Below are positions 40,804-53,639 of a DNA stretch of 64,000 nt, in pieces. The notes beneath the pieces were generated by a model. The model did not search any database, was not told where the DNA came from, and was given only the letters and a program-made list of their open reading frames with translations. The first letter of the stretch is position 1. Every line of letters begins with the position of its first letter. The stretch covers positions 3,100,001 through 3,164,000 of the forward strand of contig JAYWIR010000002.1 of assembly GCA_036172245.1 (NCBI GenBank), given 5' to 3'. Position numbers and translations under genes: made by a program. This stretch comes from Raillietiella orientalis (Eukaryota).

Positions 40804-42160
40804 TCTCTGGGGGGAAGAGAGAGTACCGAGACCCCCCACGAGCTCGCGGTCCGTTCTCGTTTGGCGACGACCCGGGGCCTTCGGCGCGCGTGCCTATCTC
40901 CCGAGAGGCGACCCGGCCGAGCGTTGGGCGAGCGGTGAGGCGAACGAATCAAAAAATGCATGCTCCTCCCCCCCCAAATCAGCCTGCGAAGAGGAGAGCC
41001 TCCGGCGTGGCCTAGCTCCGCCGAGAGCCAGCCTGTGTGAGCCCGGATTTTCCGTGCCATAGGGGCGTCTTGAACTCCTCCGACAACCCTTCCTGACCGA
41101 CGAAGATGCCTCAAGCAGAAATCCTCCTGGCAGACGGGGAGGAGACTCGTCGCCTTCCCGGAGGCGGGTCGCTCCTGTAGTCTCTCTCGGGTAGGCAGCC
41201 ACCTCCCTGTCGGACCCTGATCCCGAACAGGAGTGGGAGGTGCGCTCTGCCCAGGCACCAGCGGCGACTTGGCATAGCCGCCGCTGGAGCCTATAGCATA
41301 GTCGCATAGCCACTGGCGCCTGGGCATAGCCGGCGAACGGGCGGGTTCGGCGGGCGCCCTTCTCTAGCGTTCCGAGCGGGGTGCGGGCAGGCGGGCGCTC
41401 CATTCCCGGCGAAGAAGGGGTGAAGAGACAAGGGGGAAGGGAGGGGAGGAAGAGTTTGGGTCCACCGCCGCCTCGGAAAATCGGCGGCCGCCCTTCCCGG
41501 TGGCGCGATCGACCGCTCCACGTCTAAGAGGGAGCGTCCTCACTGGGGTTCCTCTCCCGCCAGCCAGGAAGCCGAAGGGCCGCTTATCGGGACCCGACCG
41601 CCTCCTCGCGACGTTCTCTTCCCGGGAGGGTGGTGAGAGTGGGGGGGAGGTGCGCTGTGGCCAGCCACACTCGGATCCAAGCCTTTTCTTCCCAAGAGGG
41701 AGGGCACAGAAAAGTAAGGTCATTTCTTCCGCGTTCCCCCATCGCTCCCGGGGGGCACCTGGTGATGGGGCAGAGCCCGGAGTAAGTCGCTGCCTCGGAA
41801 TCTCTCCGACTTCCCAAGGCAGGGAGGGTGACCGTGGCAGCGTGAAGATCTCTTCGGAACGCCGCCGCCGCCGAGGGGAGCGGGGATTCGAGGGAGAGCC
41901 GACTCTCCTCCCCCCCGTCTGAGGACGCGTTCCTAGGAGGGGAACATCCGGGACAAGCGCGGAGGCGGGAAGGGGATCGTTCTTGAGTCCCCTTTGCCTC
42001 CCTGCAAGGGCCGGGGGAAGTGAAAAGAACACGTGGGAGGCAGGACGGCTGCATTTCAAAGAGGGCGGGGAAGGGCAGCTGCGCCGACCGCTGGGGTGTG
42101 GGTGGGCGGGAGGAGGAGATGTTCGCTCCTCCCTGGATGTCCCCCCTTTCTCTCCCTCCG

Positions 42161-45100
42161 CTACCGTGGGATCGTCAGGTGGCCGCTGCTGCCGCCGTTC
42201 TTGTCGTTGTTGAAGATGCACCTGAGGTCGTCCGAGTCGGACTCGCTGTCGCCGCTGCGCCCGCTGCTTGGTGAACGCCGACACCGGTGATGATGGGCGT
42301 CGCTTCTGCGCCTCTGCCTCCGCCGCTGACGGCGGCAGCAGCAGCAGCAGCAGCAGCAGCAGCGGCGGCGGCGGCGGTGGCAGCAGCAGCAGGGCTCGGC
42401 CCATTGGTTGCAGCCGTCCGAAGGAGAGGACGAAACGAGGGAGCGGCAGGACGACGACGACGACGAGACGAGGGGCGGCGACAGCCGTGTGCCTGGGGAA
42501 GAGTCGCCCCCGGTCCGGCGGCGAAGGGTTCTCCCTCTCTCGAAGTTCCTGTGGGCGCTCACGAACGCGGCGCCCCCCTGCGCCAGCGACCGCACGGAAG
42601 GGACGCTCCCGGGCAGCGGAGCCGAGTGGCGGCGGCCGCAACTCATCGGCGAGGACTTCCGGCAGATGAGAGGGAACGCTGCCGGGACTTTCGGCTCGCT
42701 GCGCGTCGCCGTGACTTCCAAGACGCTCCCACGGCTGTTGGGAGGGGCCTGGGTGCCTTCCCGGCTCGCTCCCCGGGACCCCGGCGGCAGCGCCAGGTCG
42801 GCGCCCACGAGCAGGCCGGCGACGCGCTTCCGGAAGGAGAGCATCTTCCTCCTGGAACCCCTGGGGGGGGGAAGCGCAGCTCTCTGCCGCTGATGCTGAT
42901 CCCCAGGGGCTTCTCTGAGGAAGTTCAGAGCTCCCCTGGTGAGCGCCGAGTCCGGGATGGGCCTTGTCCTGCGGGGCAGAGGAGGGGACATCCAGGGGAG
43001 GAGGTGGTGCAGAGAGAGGCGACGGGAGGCCTCCGAGAAGACCATTGGACAGGGAGGGCCGTACACCGCGTTCAGGAAGCGTCCCTTCCTTTCCTGCTCC
43101 TGCTCGCTCTCCAGGGGCACCAGGCACAGGTCCATCCGCGGAGCGGCTCCGAAGATGTGCCGGAAGAGACCAAAGTGCAGCAAGAAGGTGTTGCGGAAGA
43201 AGCCCTCTACAGTGCCGGCCGCGCGGCGGCTCCCCAGAAATTTCTGGGGGAGAAGGAAGGGCGAGATGATCCGGCGAGCCGGACCCCCCCGGACTGAGGC
43301 CCTGAGCTGGGAGAGGGCCTCACCTCGTTGCGCAGGATGTTGTCGGCGAAGTGCTCGAAGACGTCCCTCTCTGCCACGAGCAGCCGGGGCGAGGTCAGGA
43401 ACTGGAAGGTGTCCATGACGAAGGCGACCAGGGTCGACGTCTGGGCATTGTCCAGCTTCAGGTTGCTGGGGGACACACGAAGCATGCATTCGGGAGAGGC
43501 CCTCTCTGCTGCCTGCTTTCCTTTTTCCTTCGCTTTGTCCGCCAGCTGCTTTGCTGCGCCAGCGCCGTACGCTCCTCGCAAGGTGCAGTCGCCCCGTCTG
43601 CCTCCTTGGAGGGGTGCGGGGGAAGGGGAGATGAGAGCGACCGGGCACCCTCAGGAGACAGGCGGGAAGCCGCGGACTCCGAGACTCCGGGAAGGGGATA
43701 CAGGGAGGGGAAGCGCCTGCTTCGCAGTCTCTCGAAGAGCATGGAGCTCGCGAGCGCTCCTGGAGGGACGGAGTGCCGGTGGCAGGAGGAAGGAGAAAAG
43801 GAAAGGGGGAGGAGAAGAGAAAGAGCGACCTTTCTTCCGCTGATGCTGGGGAGGGGACCGTTGCGAGAATCCATCCTCCCTTCCTCCTGTCTCCATCTCG
43901 TCCGATTCTCAGTCCTCCCCCTCGCCTGGTTCTCTCTCCTTCTCCGACCACCTCGCGTCCCTGTCCTCCTCCTCCTCCCCTTTCCGAAAACTGCAGCAGC
44001 CGCGTCGGGATAGCAGCAGAGCGCAGAGGGGGGAGAGAGAGAAGAAGAGGAGGGGCATAAGACGACCCTCTTCCCGCGCTCTGGTCGCCTCGGCAACCCC
44101 AACCGCAGCTGCAGGAAGGAGGGGGACCCGTTCACTTTTTTACTCCCCTCCTCCCTCCTTTTTTTTTTCGTCGTCGTCGTCTTCCTCTCCCCTTCCCCGT
44201 CCTCGCCTGCTGCCTGGCAGCGGGCGAGTGGCACCGGTGGAGCGCACCCACGCCAACCGAGGGCCCGTTCACCGCGCTTCCGCAGCGGCAACGGTGGTAG
44301 ACCGAGGACAAGAGCAAGGGCAGGTCGTTGTCGGGCGGAGGCCTCGCTCGTGGGACTAGCCTCTCGCGGAGGGTGCGCTGTTGCTTCTTCCGCCACTCCT
44401 ATGTTGCCGCGGCGACCGGGCGAGCGCCGCGGCAACAGTCGGCTCTGATTGACCTCTCCCCTTGCCCTCACTGCCGTTCTAATCCCGGTGGCCGAGGCGG
44501 AGAGCACACGGGGGAGCCCCCACATGCGGTCGTGAAGGCGGAGGGTGTCCTTCTGACGGGGGACCTACTTGGCCAGCTTCAGGAGGGTCACCAGCACTTC
44601 CATCTTGACTTCCTGCGGGGGCAGCTCCTCGAAGTGGACCAGGTTCAGCTGCACCGCTGTCCGGAAAGGAAAGCAGGCGAGTGATGAGAGGGTCTCGCGG
44701 GTCAGGGGGGGAGGAAGGGTCGCCGCCACCCGCCCCGTTCCGACCCCGCCCCGTCCCCTCCGGTTTCTGCGGACTTCCTCTCCGCCCTCTCCGGGAGTTC
44801 CCTCCCGTGGGGACGGAAACTCGGCTTCCTCCCCCCTCCCCTTCGAACCCCCGCCACTGCAGCGCGCATACCGGACTGGGAGTTGGGCGCGCACTCCGCT
44901 GCTGTCTCTTCTCAGCAGCGCTCCGTGCGGAGCCACGGAGAAACAGCAGGCAGGAGAGAGAGATCTGTTCCGAGAAACCCCAGAGGAAGAGAGAAAAAGG
45001 GGGGGGGGAGGGTGGCGCTGCAGATGATGTCACCGTGCCAGGTCTGTTTGCCTTCTGCGCTGCGTCTTCCCGTCCCCGGGAAGCACCTCACTCTCCGTAG

Positions 45101-45609
45101 GTCCGTCCGTCCGTCCTTGCCGCCAGCACCGCTCCGTCGTCGTCGCTCAGAGAGAACGCGGCCGAGTGGGCGCTACCAATCCTCGTCCCTGACAGGGTGA
45201 AGGTGAGAGGGGAGTGGGATGCAATTCTCCGGCCCCATATCCTCCCCCCGGCGGGGCAAAGGACATCGAAGCGTCTTCCCTGCTTCCCCGGATTCAAAGG
45301 GGCCGTCGGCCGGCCTACGCGTAGCGCTAGCGGGTAGCAGGCGCCGCCTCCGCCTTCTTCCCTCTCCCCCTTCCTTGTGGGGTGCTTACCGAGGTACTCC
45401 TTGACGTCCCTCCAGGTTCTGAGCTTCCCGCAGCGGATGATGCGCACGTCGCGGGCGGAGAGCCACACGCAGCGCGCGGATTCCGGGCGCGGGCGTTGCC
45501 AGGAGGAGTTTGCGTGGACGCCGCCGCCGCGGCAGCAGCCGAGCTCTCGCAGGGAGAGGGATGGCGGTCCTCCGCCCGCTGAGCTCCGCGGCTTCTCCGC
45601 GGTTGCCAT
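42161..45609 (-). CDS. CFAP119: CFAP119/CCDC189-like (CLAMP domain) protein, paralog 2. Exons 45609-45390, 44656-44569, 43465-43324, 43243-~42161 (3' part may hold another intron)
   Basis: ARCVWLSARDV...WRDVKEYL|AVQLNL...EVLVTLLKLAN|NLKLDNAQTSTLV...DVFEHF|...FFRNTFLLHFGLFRHIF...MDLCL...KGRFLNAVYGP aligns with paralog 1 (WDDVKSYL; YKLDTMQTS; QGRLLNVIVGP) with the same intron phases and canonical GT-AG sites. Confidence 0.75.
42331..42392 (+). repeat. Compound (GCA)n(GCG)n trinucleotide repeat
   Basis: Direct reading; lies in the 3' part of paralog 2. Confidence 0.9.
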
Positions 45610-48600
45610 CGCCGCTCCCGGCTGGGATCGCCTCCGGGCGACGAACCGGAAAATTTCGAGTGCCCGGGAAAGCGGGGCAAGGGAGGGCCTCGGTCCAGGT
45701 CCGTTTGTGGCGGGGGGAGGCGCTTGGTGGGGTCGCGTCTCTCCGCTGGCAGGCCGGCGTTCCAAAAATGCTCGTTTCCATGGATGCGGGGAATCGAGGG
45801 AGGGGCCCGGAAGCGCCACCGGCCCGTGCCCCTGGGAAAGGAAAGAGCCGGGCAAGGTGCTGCAGGGAAGGCGGGTGGAGGAGCATTCTTCGCCTTCCCT
45901 GGAGGGCGTCTCCCTTTATCCTCCTCCGAAGAGGTGAGGGGACCTCGTCTCGGTTCTCGCTCTTGGGTGCGGCCTCGTAGCCCAGGGACCTCGCTGCCTG
46001 GAGTAGGTCCCGGGAGGGGGGGAGCTCCTCCGACGACCCACCCGCCGCTGCACGCTTGCCCAGCTGCCCGCCTGCTCCCAGAGGTTCGGACTGCAGCGTC
46101 TGCCCGCGTCGCCGTCCTCTTCCCTCCCCTTCGAGGACGCGCGCGCGCGCCATCCCGCGAGCGTCTTCCGAACTGCTCCTCACTCGGTGCTCGATCGATA
46201 GAACCGGTTGCTTCTGCAGTGCCTCGGTTTTTTTTCCCTCGCCTCCGGGAGATCCCCGGAAGACGGGAGCTCCGGGCTTCCAAACGCTTACGGAAGCCAG
46301 GAGGGGGAACCACGTCCGGGGGGATTGGGGAGGGGTAGGAACAGATGCGGAAAGTGCCCGATTCTTTTCCGGGGGAAAACGGGAGGAAAGGGTTCGGGGG
46401 ACTCCGGCGCAGAGGTTGCCAAGGGGGAGAGGCGGAGGGAGAGAAAGGGACGTCGAGAATAATGCGGACAAATAGGAGGCCAAGAACGAGTCCGATCTTG
46501 GTCTCCTTCCCAGCGTGTGGCTTCACCAGCACTTTCCCTTTTCATTTATTTATTTATTTATTTATTTTCCCAGAGCGGGCATTCAGCGAATCCCTTGCAG
46601 GTTCGCTCATGCGCCCCGGAGAGACATCCGTCCCGGCATCGGTGGAGGCCGTGCCAGGATGGCGCTCATACATCTTTCGGCCAGGATACTGCCTCTGCTG
46701 TTGCCTTCTCTGAACGGGAGAGTCCCTTTACCTCGGGTCCCCGGAGAGCTGCCCTCCCGCCCTCTGCGCTGCTGCTCGCGTCACGCCTCCCGGACCGGAG
46801 GAGACGGAAGTGCATCGGTGCGCCTGCCTCCCCCCCTCTTCCCGCGGATGACTGACGCAGGATGGTCGATCTCCCGGGGGGCTTCCCGGTTCCTCATCTC
46901 GGCGATCACCCCACGCCGGGGAGATGACATGTGAGGAGAGAAGAAGGAGGAGGAGCGGTCGCTGAGGAAGGGGCGGCCTCTCTCGGCTCCTGGCCGCCGC
47001 AGTGGTCTCTTCACTCTTAGTCCTCCCGGCGCCGCGGACGTCTTCCTGGATCCCCTACGAGTGGTTCAGCCGATCTCAGGCAGCCAAGAGATCTAGGGGA
47101 CGCGGGTCACCGCGTGGATTCGGAGAGGCCCTTCCATCCCCCGGCAGCGATTGCCGCGGACGCGCCTCCCGTGCCGCCTCCAGCCAGGCGGTTCGCTCGG
47201 CACCCGCGGGCCGTCCCGTTTTGCAGCTCCTCCAGGGAGGTGCCCTCCGTCCCGCCTGCCCACTCAGCCGCCGCGAGAACTCGCCGAGGTCTTTTGCGGC
47301 CGCCTCATCCTGTCTGGGAAGGCGAGGGGCGAGGAGCCGGAAGGCGAATGGTCCAGGGATGCTGCTCTCGCCGTCCTCGTGGCTGCCGCTCTCGGGGTCG
47401 TCTCTTCTTGCCATCCACCTTCGAGGAATGGGGTGGGGGTTCCTCTCCTGAGGCTCCGTATCCAACCCCCGGGAGTTGAGGAGTCGTCGCACCTCTCTCA
47501 TCTCAGCGGGCGACGCCTCCGCCGACAACACCTCGAATTTCAATGAGTGCCGGGAAGTTGAGCGGCTCTTCGATCCCTCCGGACTTCGGGAAGGCCTCTG
47601 GAAGCGTGAGGGAGTCCCGATAACGTCCACCCAAAGCGCCATCGGATCCAGGGGAGGAGGGACTCCATTCGATGGATGCGCGAGATGCCTCGGTAACATG
47701 GCGGCTACTCCTTCGAGGTCTCAGCAGCCTCGGGGTGTTCCGACGTGTCCAGGGTCGGCACCCAAGATGATGAAGACACGAAGAAGGATTGCCCCTCCTC
47801 TTCCAAGTGAGTAATCCACGTTCAAAGAAGGGGGTCTGCAAAAGCAGAGGTGCCTCCTGTCTGGGAAAGCGGGAGAGTCTCTTCGGCGAAGAGCGCCAAT
47901 GCCGTACTTCTTCTGAGAAGGTAGAAAGGAAGGGAGGAGGAGGAAGGGGAAGAAGGGAAACGAGGAGAAGGAAAGGGAATAGAGGAAGGAATGAGGAGGA
48001 GCGTCTGCTAATGAGGCGCTCCCTCCGAATGCACCTCACAAAGGTCAGGGGCTTCCCAGGGTTTCCCGACCTTGCGGCTTGTAGTCCAAGGAACGCCTGC
48101 GCAGGGCCGTGCGTCCTCATCACTTCCCACCCCTACTCTACCCTAGCGCTCCAGAGTTGGCCTGGTCCCGCGCCGGGAAGCTCACCGCCCAGTAGGAAGG
48201 CGCTTCCGGAGCAGAGCGCCACGAGCAGCGGCAGGGAGCGTCCCGATCCCCGGAAAGGAGGGGGGAGAAAGCGCGCGCGAGTACTGGGACGCGAGGGTGG
48301 GCATTCACCAGCTCTCCCGGACGAACTCCGGAAGCCCCACGGCCATGGGGTCACCCCGAGAAGGGGGTAGAAGAGCAGTGGCGGACCAGGACGACGCAAT
48401 CTTCTGTTTTCCGGGAGGGACAGCGTGAAGTTCTCATCCTGCACCGCGCTGAGAGCGCTGCCTCTCCTCTCGCCGGGAACGGCGCCATTCTGACTGGGGT
48501 CCTTCGCCGGGAAGTTCCGCCTCGAAGGGGCATCTCGGCGCTCCCTATCCCTTCCGCCTCCGAGAGGGTATTCCTCCTGAAGTGGGCGGATGAGAGAGGG

Positions 48601-50009
48601 TTCTTGTCGGAGGCTCACGACGAGACGTCGTTCCCGATGCTCTCCTTCCCTCCCCCCTTCCCTGGCTGCACACTTCTACCCCTTCTTTCTCCTTCTGACC
48701 CCCGCGCACGCGCCTCCGGGGGGAGCATCGCGTCCGTCTGCACTTCGCTGTTGCTCTCAGCTCTCTCTTGCAATCCGGACGAGAAGGTAACGACTCGCTT
48801 CCTTCCTCAGACGTTGGTTTCCCGTGGCAACGGGGAGGGCGCCGCAAGCAACAATGGGAGGTTTTCAGCGGAAGGGAAGCGTGGCGTCGGCAGCACAACG
48901 ACACATCCGTGCTGCCGGCCTTTTCTTTCGCCCTCATTCCCCCCAGTCGAGCCTTCGCAGCGGTCCCATCCCGGTAACCACCCTCGGTCGGCAGGGACGC
49001 TACTCGCGCACAAAGCAGTTGGAAGAGGCTGCTCCCGGAATGCAATCGCCACGTGATCGCGCTCTCTTTCACCTCCTGTGTTCCCCCCCAGAGGCATCTG
49101 GGTTTCCTCTTCGAGATTCCTCCACCCGGCCTTGCCCAATTCTTCTCTTTCTCGGAGAGACACGCGTCTCCTCCCCACCCTCCCCGCGTCGTCGCGGCTG
49201 GTAGTGAATCCTCGCGGCGCGCGCTCTCGTTTCTCCGTTTCCCAATCCACCGCGTGGTAGCGGCGCGTTCAGGGGGGTTCGCGCCCGCGCGACCCTTCCC
49301 GAACTCGGAGAGGGGGAGCTTTTCTCGACTTCCCTTTCTCCTCTCCGGGGCCGCAGGGCCGGGGCACTGTCGGGACCTCGCCGCATCCCGGGTCCCGCGG
49401 GTTTTCTGGAAGCCGCGAGGCATCGGCCGGGACCTCTGACCACTGCCTTCGTCCGAGCATCGCGGCCGCCTCCAGTCTGGGCTCCTTCGCCGGCCAGCAG
49501 CGCCGGGGTTCGCCTCCGTCGCCCCCGGACCCCGACCATGAAATCTCGGGACTCACACCCTTGTCTGCTCCCCACTGCCGGTCCCCGGCGAGAGCCTCCC
49601 GACGGGCGCCGCCTTACCCCCTTCTGATCCCAGCCTTGACGCCCCATTGTGATGATAGCTCCCGGGGACCTTCTCTCGATTTCGGGAAGCCTCCCATTTG
49701 CCGAGGAGGCCTGCCGCAAGAGACGCTTCTTCTTGCCCAGCACTGCAGGTGCTGGGACCTCCGAAAGGCAGGGTTGACCGAGCGGGACGCCTCGTGCAGC
49801 CTCCTCGGGCGCCTCCCACCTTCGAGAAGAGACGCCTTCAAAGGACAGAAAAAAATTTTTTTCTTGACTCCCGATGACCATTGTCGGTACTTTCTGCTCC
49901 CTTGTTGCACCCCAGGGGGCATCTGTGGAAAAAGAGAGGGAGGACGTTGTGGATGCTGGGGAGACTCTTTCTCGGGATGCGAGCCGAAGAAAGGAGGAGG
50001 GTCGCTGCG

Positions 50010-50780
50010 TCTGAGAGCTCGCAGAGCTCTTCGATGCTGTCCCCCGCCACCCGGGGCTGTGTGCTTACTCTTCAGTTTATAGGGGGTACCATGGGAGGGG
50101 ACCACCCCATGAACCTAGGAAGGACTCCAGAGGAAGCCGTCCGTTCCTCCCACGCTTGGGAGGGAGTCCCGAAGGGAACATCTTCCTTGTTCTCTCCGGG
50201 GGTCCTTCCCGGAGGGAAGAACCCTTCACATTTCTTCCCAGGAAGGAACCCGGGAAGAATCCTATCTTGGATTTCTTTTTTGGAAAAGAACCCCAAAGAG
50301 CGCTTCCCAATTTCTCTGGAGGGCTCTCCCCTAAGGGAGCAGCGCTCTTGCACACTCTGGAGAGGTATCGATCCACCGGCTCCATGGTACGCGACGGAAG
50401 GTCCTCTCCCCCCGACGAAGGAGGAGGACGGCTCCATTCTCAAAGACCAGAGAGAAGCAGCGGAGGACTCCTTTATTCCGGAAGGACCCCGGAAAATCGA
50501 CTTCCAGCCCCGGAGACCAGTCAACGGCGGCATCTGGCTTTCCACCAGAGGCGTACCCGAACAGCCCGACCAGCGTCATCTTGCGGGAGGAAGTCGAACC
50601 CGTGACGAGCCCCCCTCTCTGGGAGTCAGTGCTTTCCTGGGAGGGATTATAACCCGCAACGCCAGGTGCTGCGCGCGGAGGCCACCGACACGCGGCCGCC
50701 AAGGAGGAGGAGGAGGAGGGTCTGGACAGGCGCTCTGCAGAGCAGAGCTGGGAGCCACCCTCGGAGAAAGACGGCCCTTC
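50010..50780 (-). mobile_element. Decayed LINE RT-derived repeat, copy A (inverted relative to copy B)
   Basis: Reverse complement of ~54040-54790; core 50295-50620 about 90+% identical. Confidence 0.7.
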
Positions 50781-51449
50781 CGCGCAGAGAGGATGCTCCT
50801 GCGCGCAGCCTTCCGCCTAGACTCGCAGGAGGTGCCCAGCCGTGAGACGTTCAGCGGTGCCGCTCCAGGGGGCACACGGAAAGACAGCCGGAGTTGCTGA
50901 GCCACCCCTGCACAGAGCGACCACCATTCTTTCCTCTGTTCCGCGGAGCGCCTGAGAACGCCGCTCTCGGGAGCCTTTCTGGAGGAGCATCTCGGTGCGG
51001 TCGCTCCGGATGGGGACGAAGGAAAGATAGAAAAGCAGGAAGCAGAGAGGAAGGGAGGGAGGGGAGAAAGGAATCGTCTGCGAATCGGGTCCATGGAGAT
51101 GAGCCGGAGGTGTCGCCGTCACTTCCGCAGGAAACATCTTTCCCCGTGCCGTCTGCGCCTCCCAGGGAGTCCTCCTGGAGGAAGACCCTACCGCGGCGAT
51201 CTCCTTCCCAGCTGGGCCATCAGTGGCGCGGGAGGAAAGAGATGGAGGCTGGCTTTCCCGCCCGTCTTCAGCCACGCACCTTTCGGAGCTTCCGCGGTAG
51301 ACTCGGCTAGAAGGAAGGGGGTTGAATGCGCCCGTTGGGACCAGCGTGCGGAGTTAACGTCCCTCTCCTCAGAGGGACGCCTGGTGCAACCGCTGTGGGG
51401 ACTGAGCACCTTCCTTCTTCCAGCCGGAAGACTCCCACGACGAGACGGC

Positions 51450-51750
51450 TCTTCTGGACGGTGGAGAAGAAGGAAGGGATCCCTGACATCGCGACCTTCG
51501 GTTGCAGTCTTCCCTGCAGGGTTTTGGTCCTATTCGGGCCACGGTTCGAGCTCGCCTCTGTGGTCTTGCCTGTGGGTCTCATTCCGTGCGAAGGACCCCT
51601 TCCTTCTGCAGAGTGATCCACGATCCGGCTCGAGAAAACCGCACCGGAAGTGACCTCTGAGAGAACCTTCCATCTTCCTCCGGACTCGCACGAGTCTGCA
51701 GAGGCCAGGAAAGTCAGGAGTAGAGCATCCTTCGCAGGGGGAAAGGGGGC
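51450..51750 (-). mobile_element. Possible LINE endonuclease N-terminal remnant
   Basis: Minus-strand ...ARNETHRQ... resembles the LQETH motif; otherwise degenerate. Confidence 0.25.
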
Positions 51751-53639
51751 GGTGCTTCTCGTGATGGGATGCCCTAGGACGCCTCCAGGGCGGAGGTGCA
51801 AAAAGGAAACCCACTCGACGCTAACGGACTCGCGGAAGGAGCAGCGCAGTCCCTCCTGAGGAGTCCCGGAGCGGCTCGAGGGCGGGAAGGAACGTCGGCC
51901 TCGCGTGCGCGAGGAGCGTCCGGTCGACCCGTCGGCACACCTTCCGAGGAGCCACACTCTGCCCCCAGGCGCGAATTCGGCCTTCCTGCGTAACCGACGG
52001 CAAAAGAGTCTCCGAGGACTCTGGCGAGGCTGGGGACGCTGGACTTCTGCTTCTTCGGCAGGACACGCCGCCAGATCAGGACGATCCGGTGGTTTCCGAG
52101 GAGACGACTGGGTCATCCTCCCGCCTGCCGCACGAAATCAGCCGGCTGAAGAGGCGGCCGTTCCTCAGGGGTCGCGTCACCCTCACCGAGAGGGAGCCTC
52201 CCGAACTTTCGTCGTAGGCGCAGCGCAAGAAGGCGGACATCGCCAGAGGCGCAATGGCATTGGTGACTCGATAGAAGGAAAGAAGTGGCTCAACGGAAGG
52301 CCAGAAGGCCGAGGGGCGGCGACGGTGACAGGCGGGGAGGGGGAGTTTCGTGATCCGCCTTCCTCTTCCCAGTCGCACCGGGGAAGGGAGGGGCGTCGCA
52401 CCCTCCCTCAAACGGCAAGAAGAGCAGAAGAGCCGTGCTCTTCCTCACCGGGTCGTCCGGAAGGGCTCCAGCAGCAGCGCCAGCGCACGACGGGGAAATC
52501 CCGGTTGAGCCACTGGAGCTCTGGGGGAGCTGGAAATTCCTCTGGCACTCGTAGCATCGGATCGCGTCGTACTCCGCCCCCAAGAGGCACGCCCAGCCAG
52601 ATGGCATTCGTGGGGCGGCCGAGGGCGCCCCTTCACGCAGGTTCGCGACCGGTGGCCACTCCGAGTCGCCCTCGCGGATCGGCGATCTCTGCAGCATCCG
52701 GAAAGCTGGGGAAAGGAAGAAGGGACGAAGAATTCACTGTTCACGCATCCTCCTCGCCGCGCGGACCCCAGAAGTGACCCCACTTGATCCGGGAAGCCAT
52801 GGACGGCATCTCCCGCACCGTTGTCCACGATCCGGGACTCCTCCTCCCAAATCCACCCTCACCTCGTTTCCTGTCCCCCGACTGCTTGGCGCTCCCCAGA
52901 GGACTCAACGCCTACGGGAGGTCGTCCGTAGGGAGAGGGATCCCGGTGTCCTGACTCGGGAGCACTTGGAGCGGCACCTTCAGTGGGGAACTCGTGGTGA
53001 AGTCGTGGAGCGCCTATTGTTGCCTCCCGGTCAGGCTGTGAGGGACCCTCCTTGAGACGCCGTTTCCAGGATGCAGGAGCAGCGGAGGGGCTGCCGAGCG
53101 GTTCGCATGCGGCCATTTCTTTTTTTTTTTCCCTGGTGTCCCTCGAAAGTGGTCCTCACCATTGGCAACGGAATCCTCGAGTCCTCTCGCGAGATGGGTT
53201 GCGATGGCATTCCGTTGGGCGCACCATCTCTGTGAAGAGCAGCTCGGAAAAGGAAGCGCGTCCGACGGGAGTGTGGTTGCCCGGTTCCGGGATCCCGGGC
53301 AACCAACGCGGAGCCACAGTGTTCCTGCTGCTGCACACTGAAGTGCTGCGCCACCGCAGACGTGCGGGCTCACCCCGTTCTCCTGCCGGAGAGCCGTGTA
53401 AGGTCGCACGCGACTCGCCGTCTCCCAAAGCAGCGTCCTATAGGACCACCGTCCTTTCTCCATCCGCTTCCACGATCGGATGATGCTGATGAAGCCTCTC
53501 GTGCTGGTATCTCCTGTGAGACGTACTGGAGTGGTGGCACTTCCCACGAGAAGCAGTGTCTGGTCGCTGCTGTCATTCCGCTCCACTTTACGCTGCCATC
53601 AGTGATCTCGTCAACGTCCATTTCAGATTTTCCTGCCGC

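Noticed and set aside
45092-45188. Candidate extra exon of paralog 2 with AG/GT ends
   Set aside because: Its end phase is incompatible with the next exon; direct splicing 45390 to 44656 restores family alignment.
47450-47800. Possible LINE ORF1 relics (also 7850-8300 and 52800-53050)
   Set aside because: Only vague resemblance and no intact zinc knuckle; not supportable by eye.
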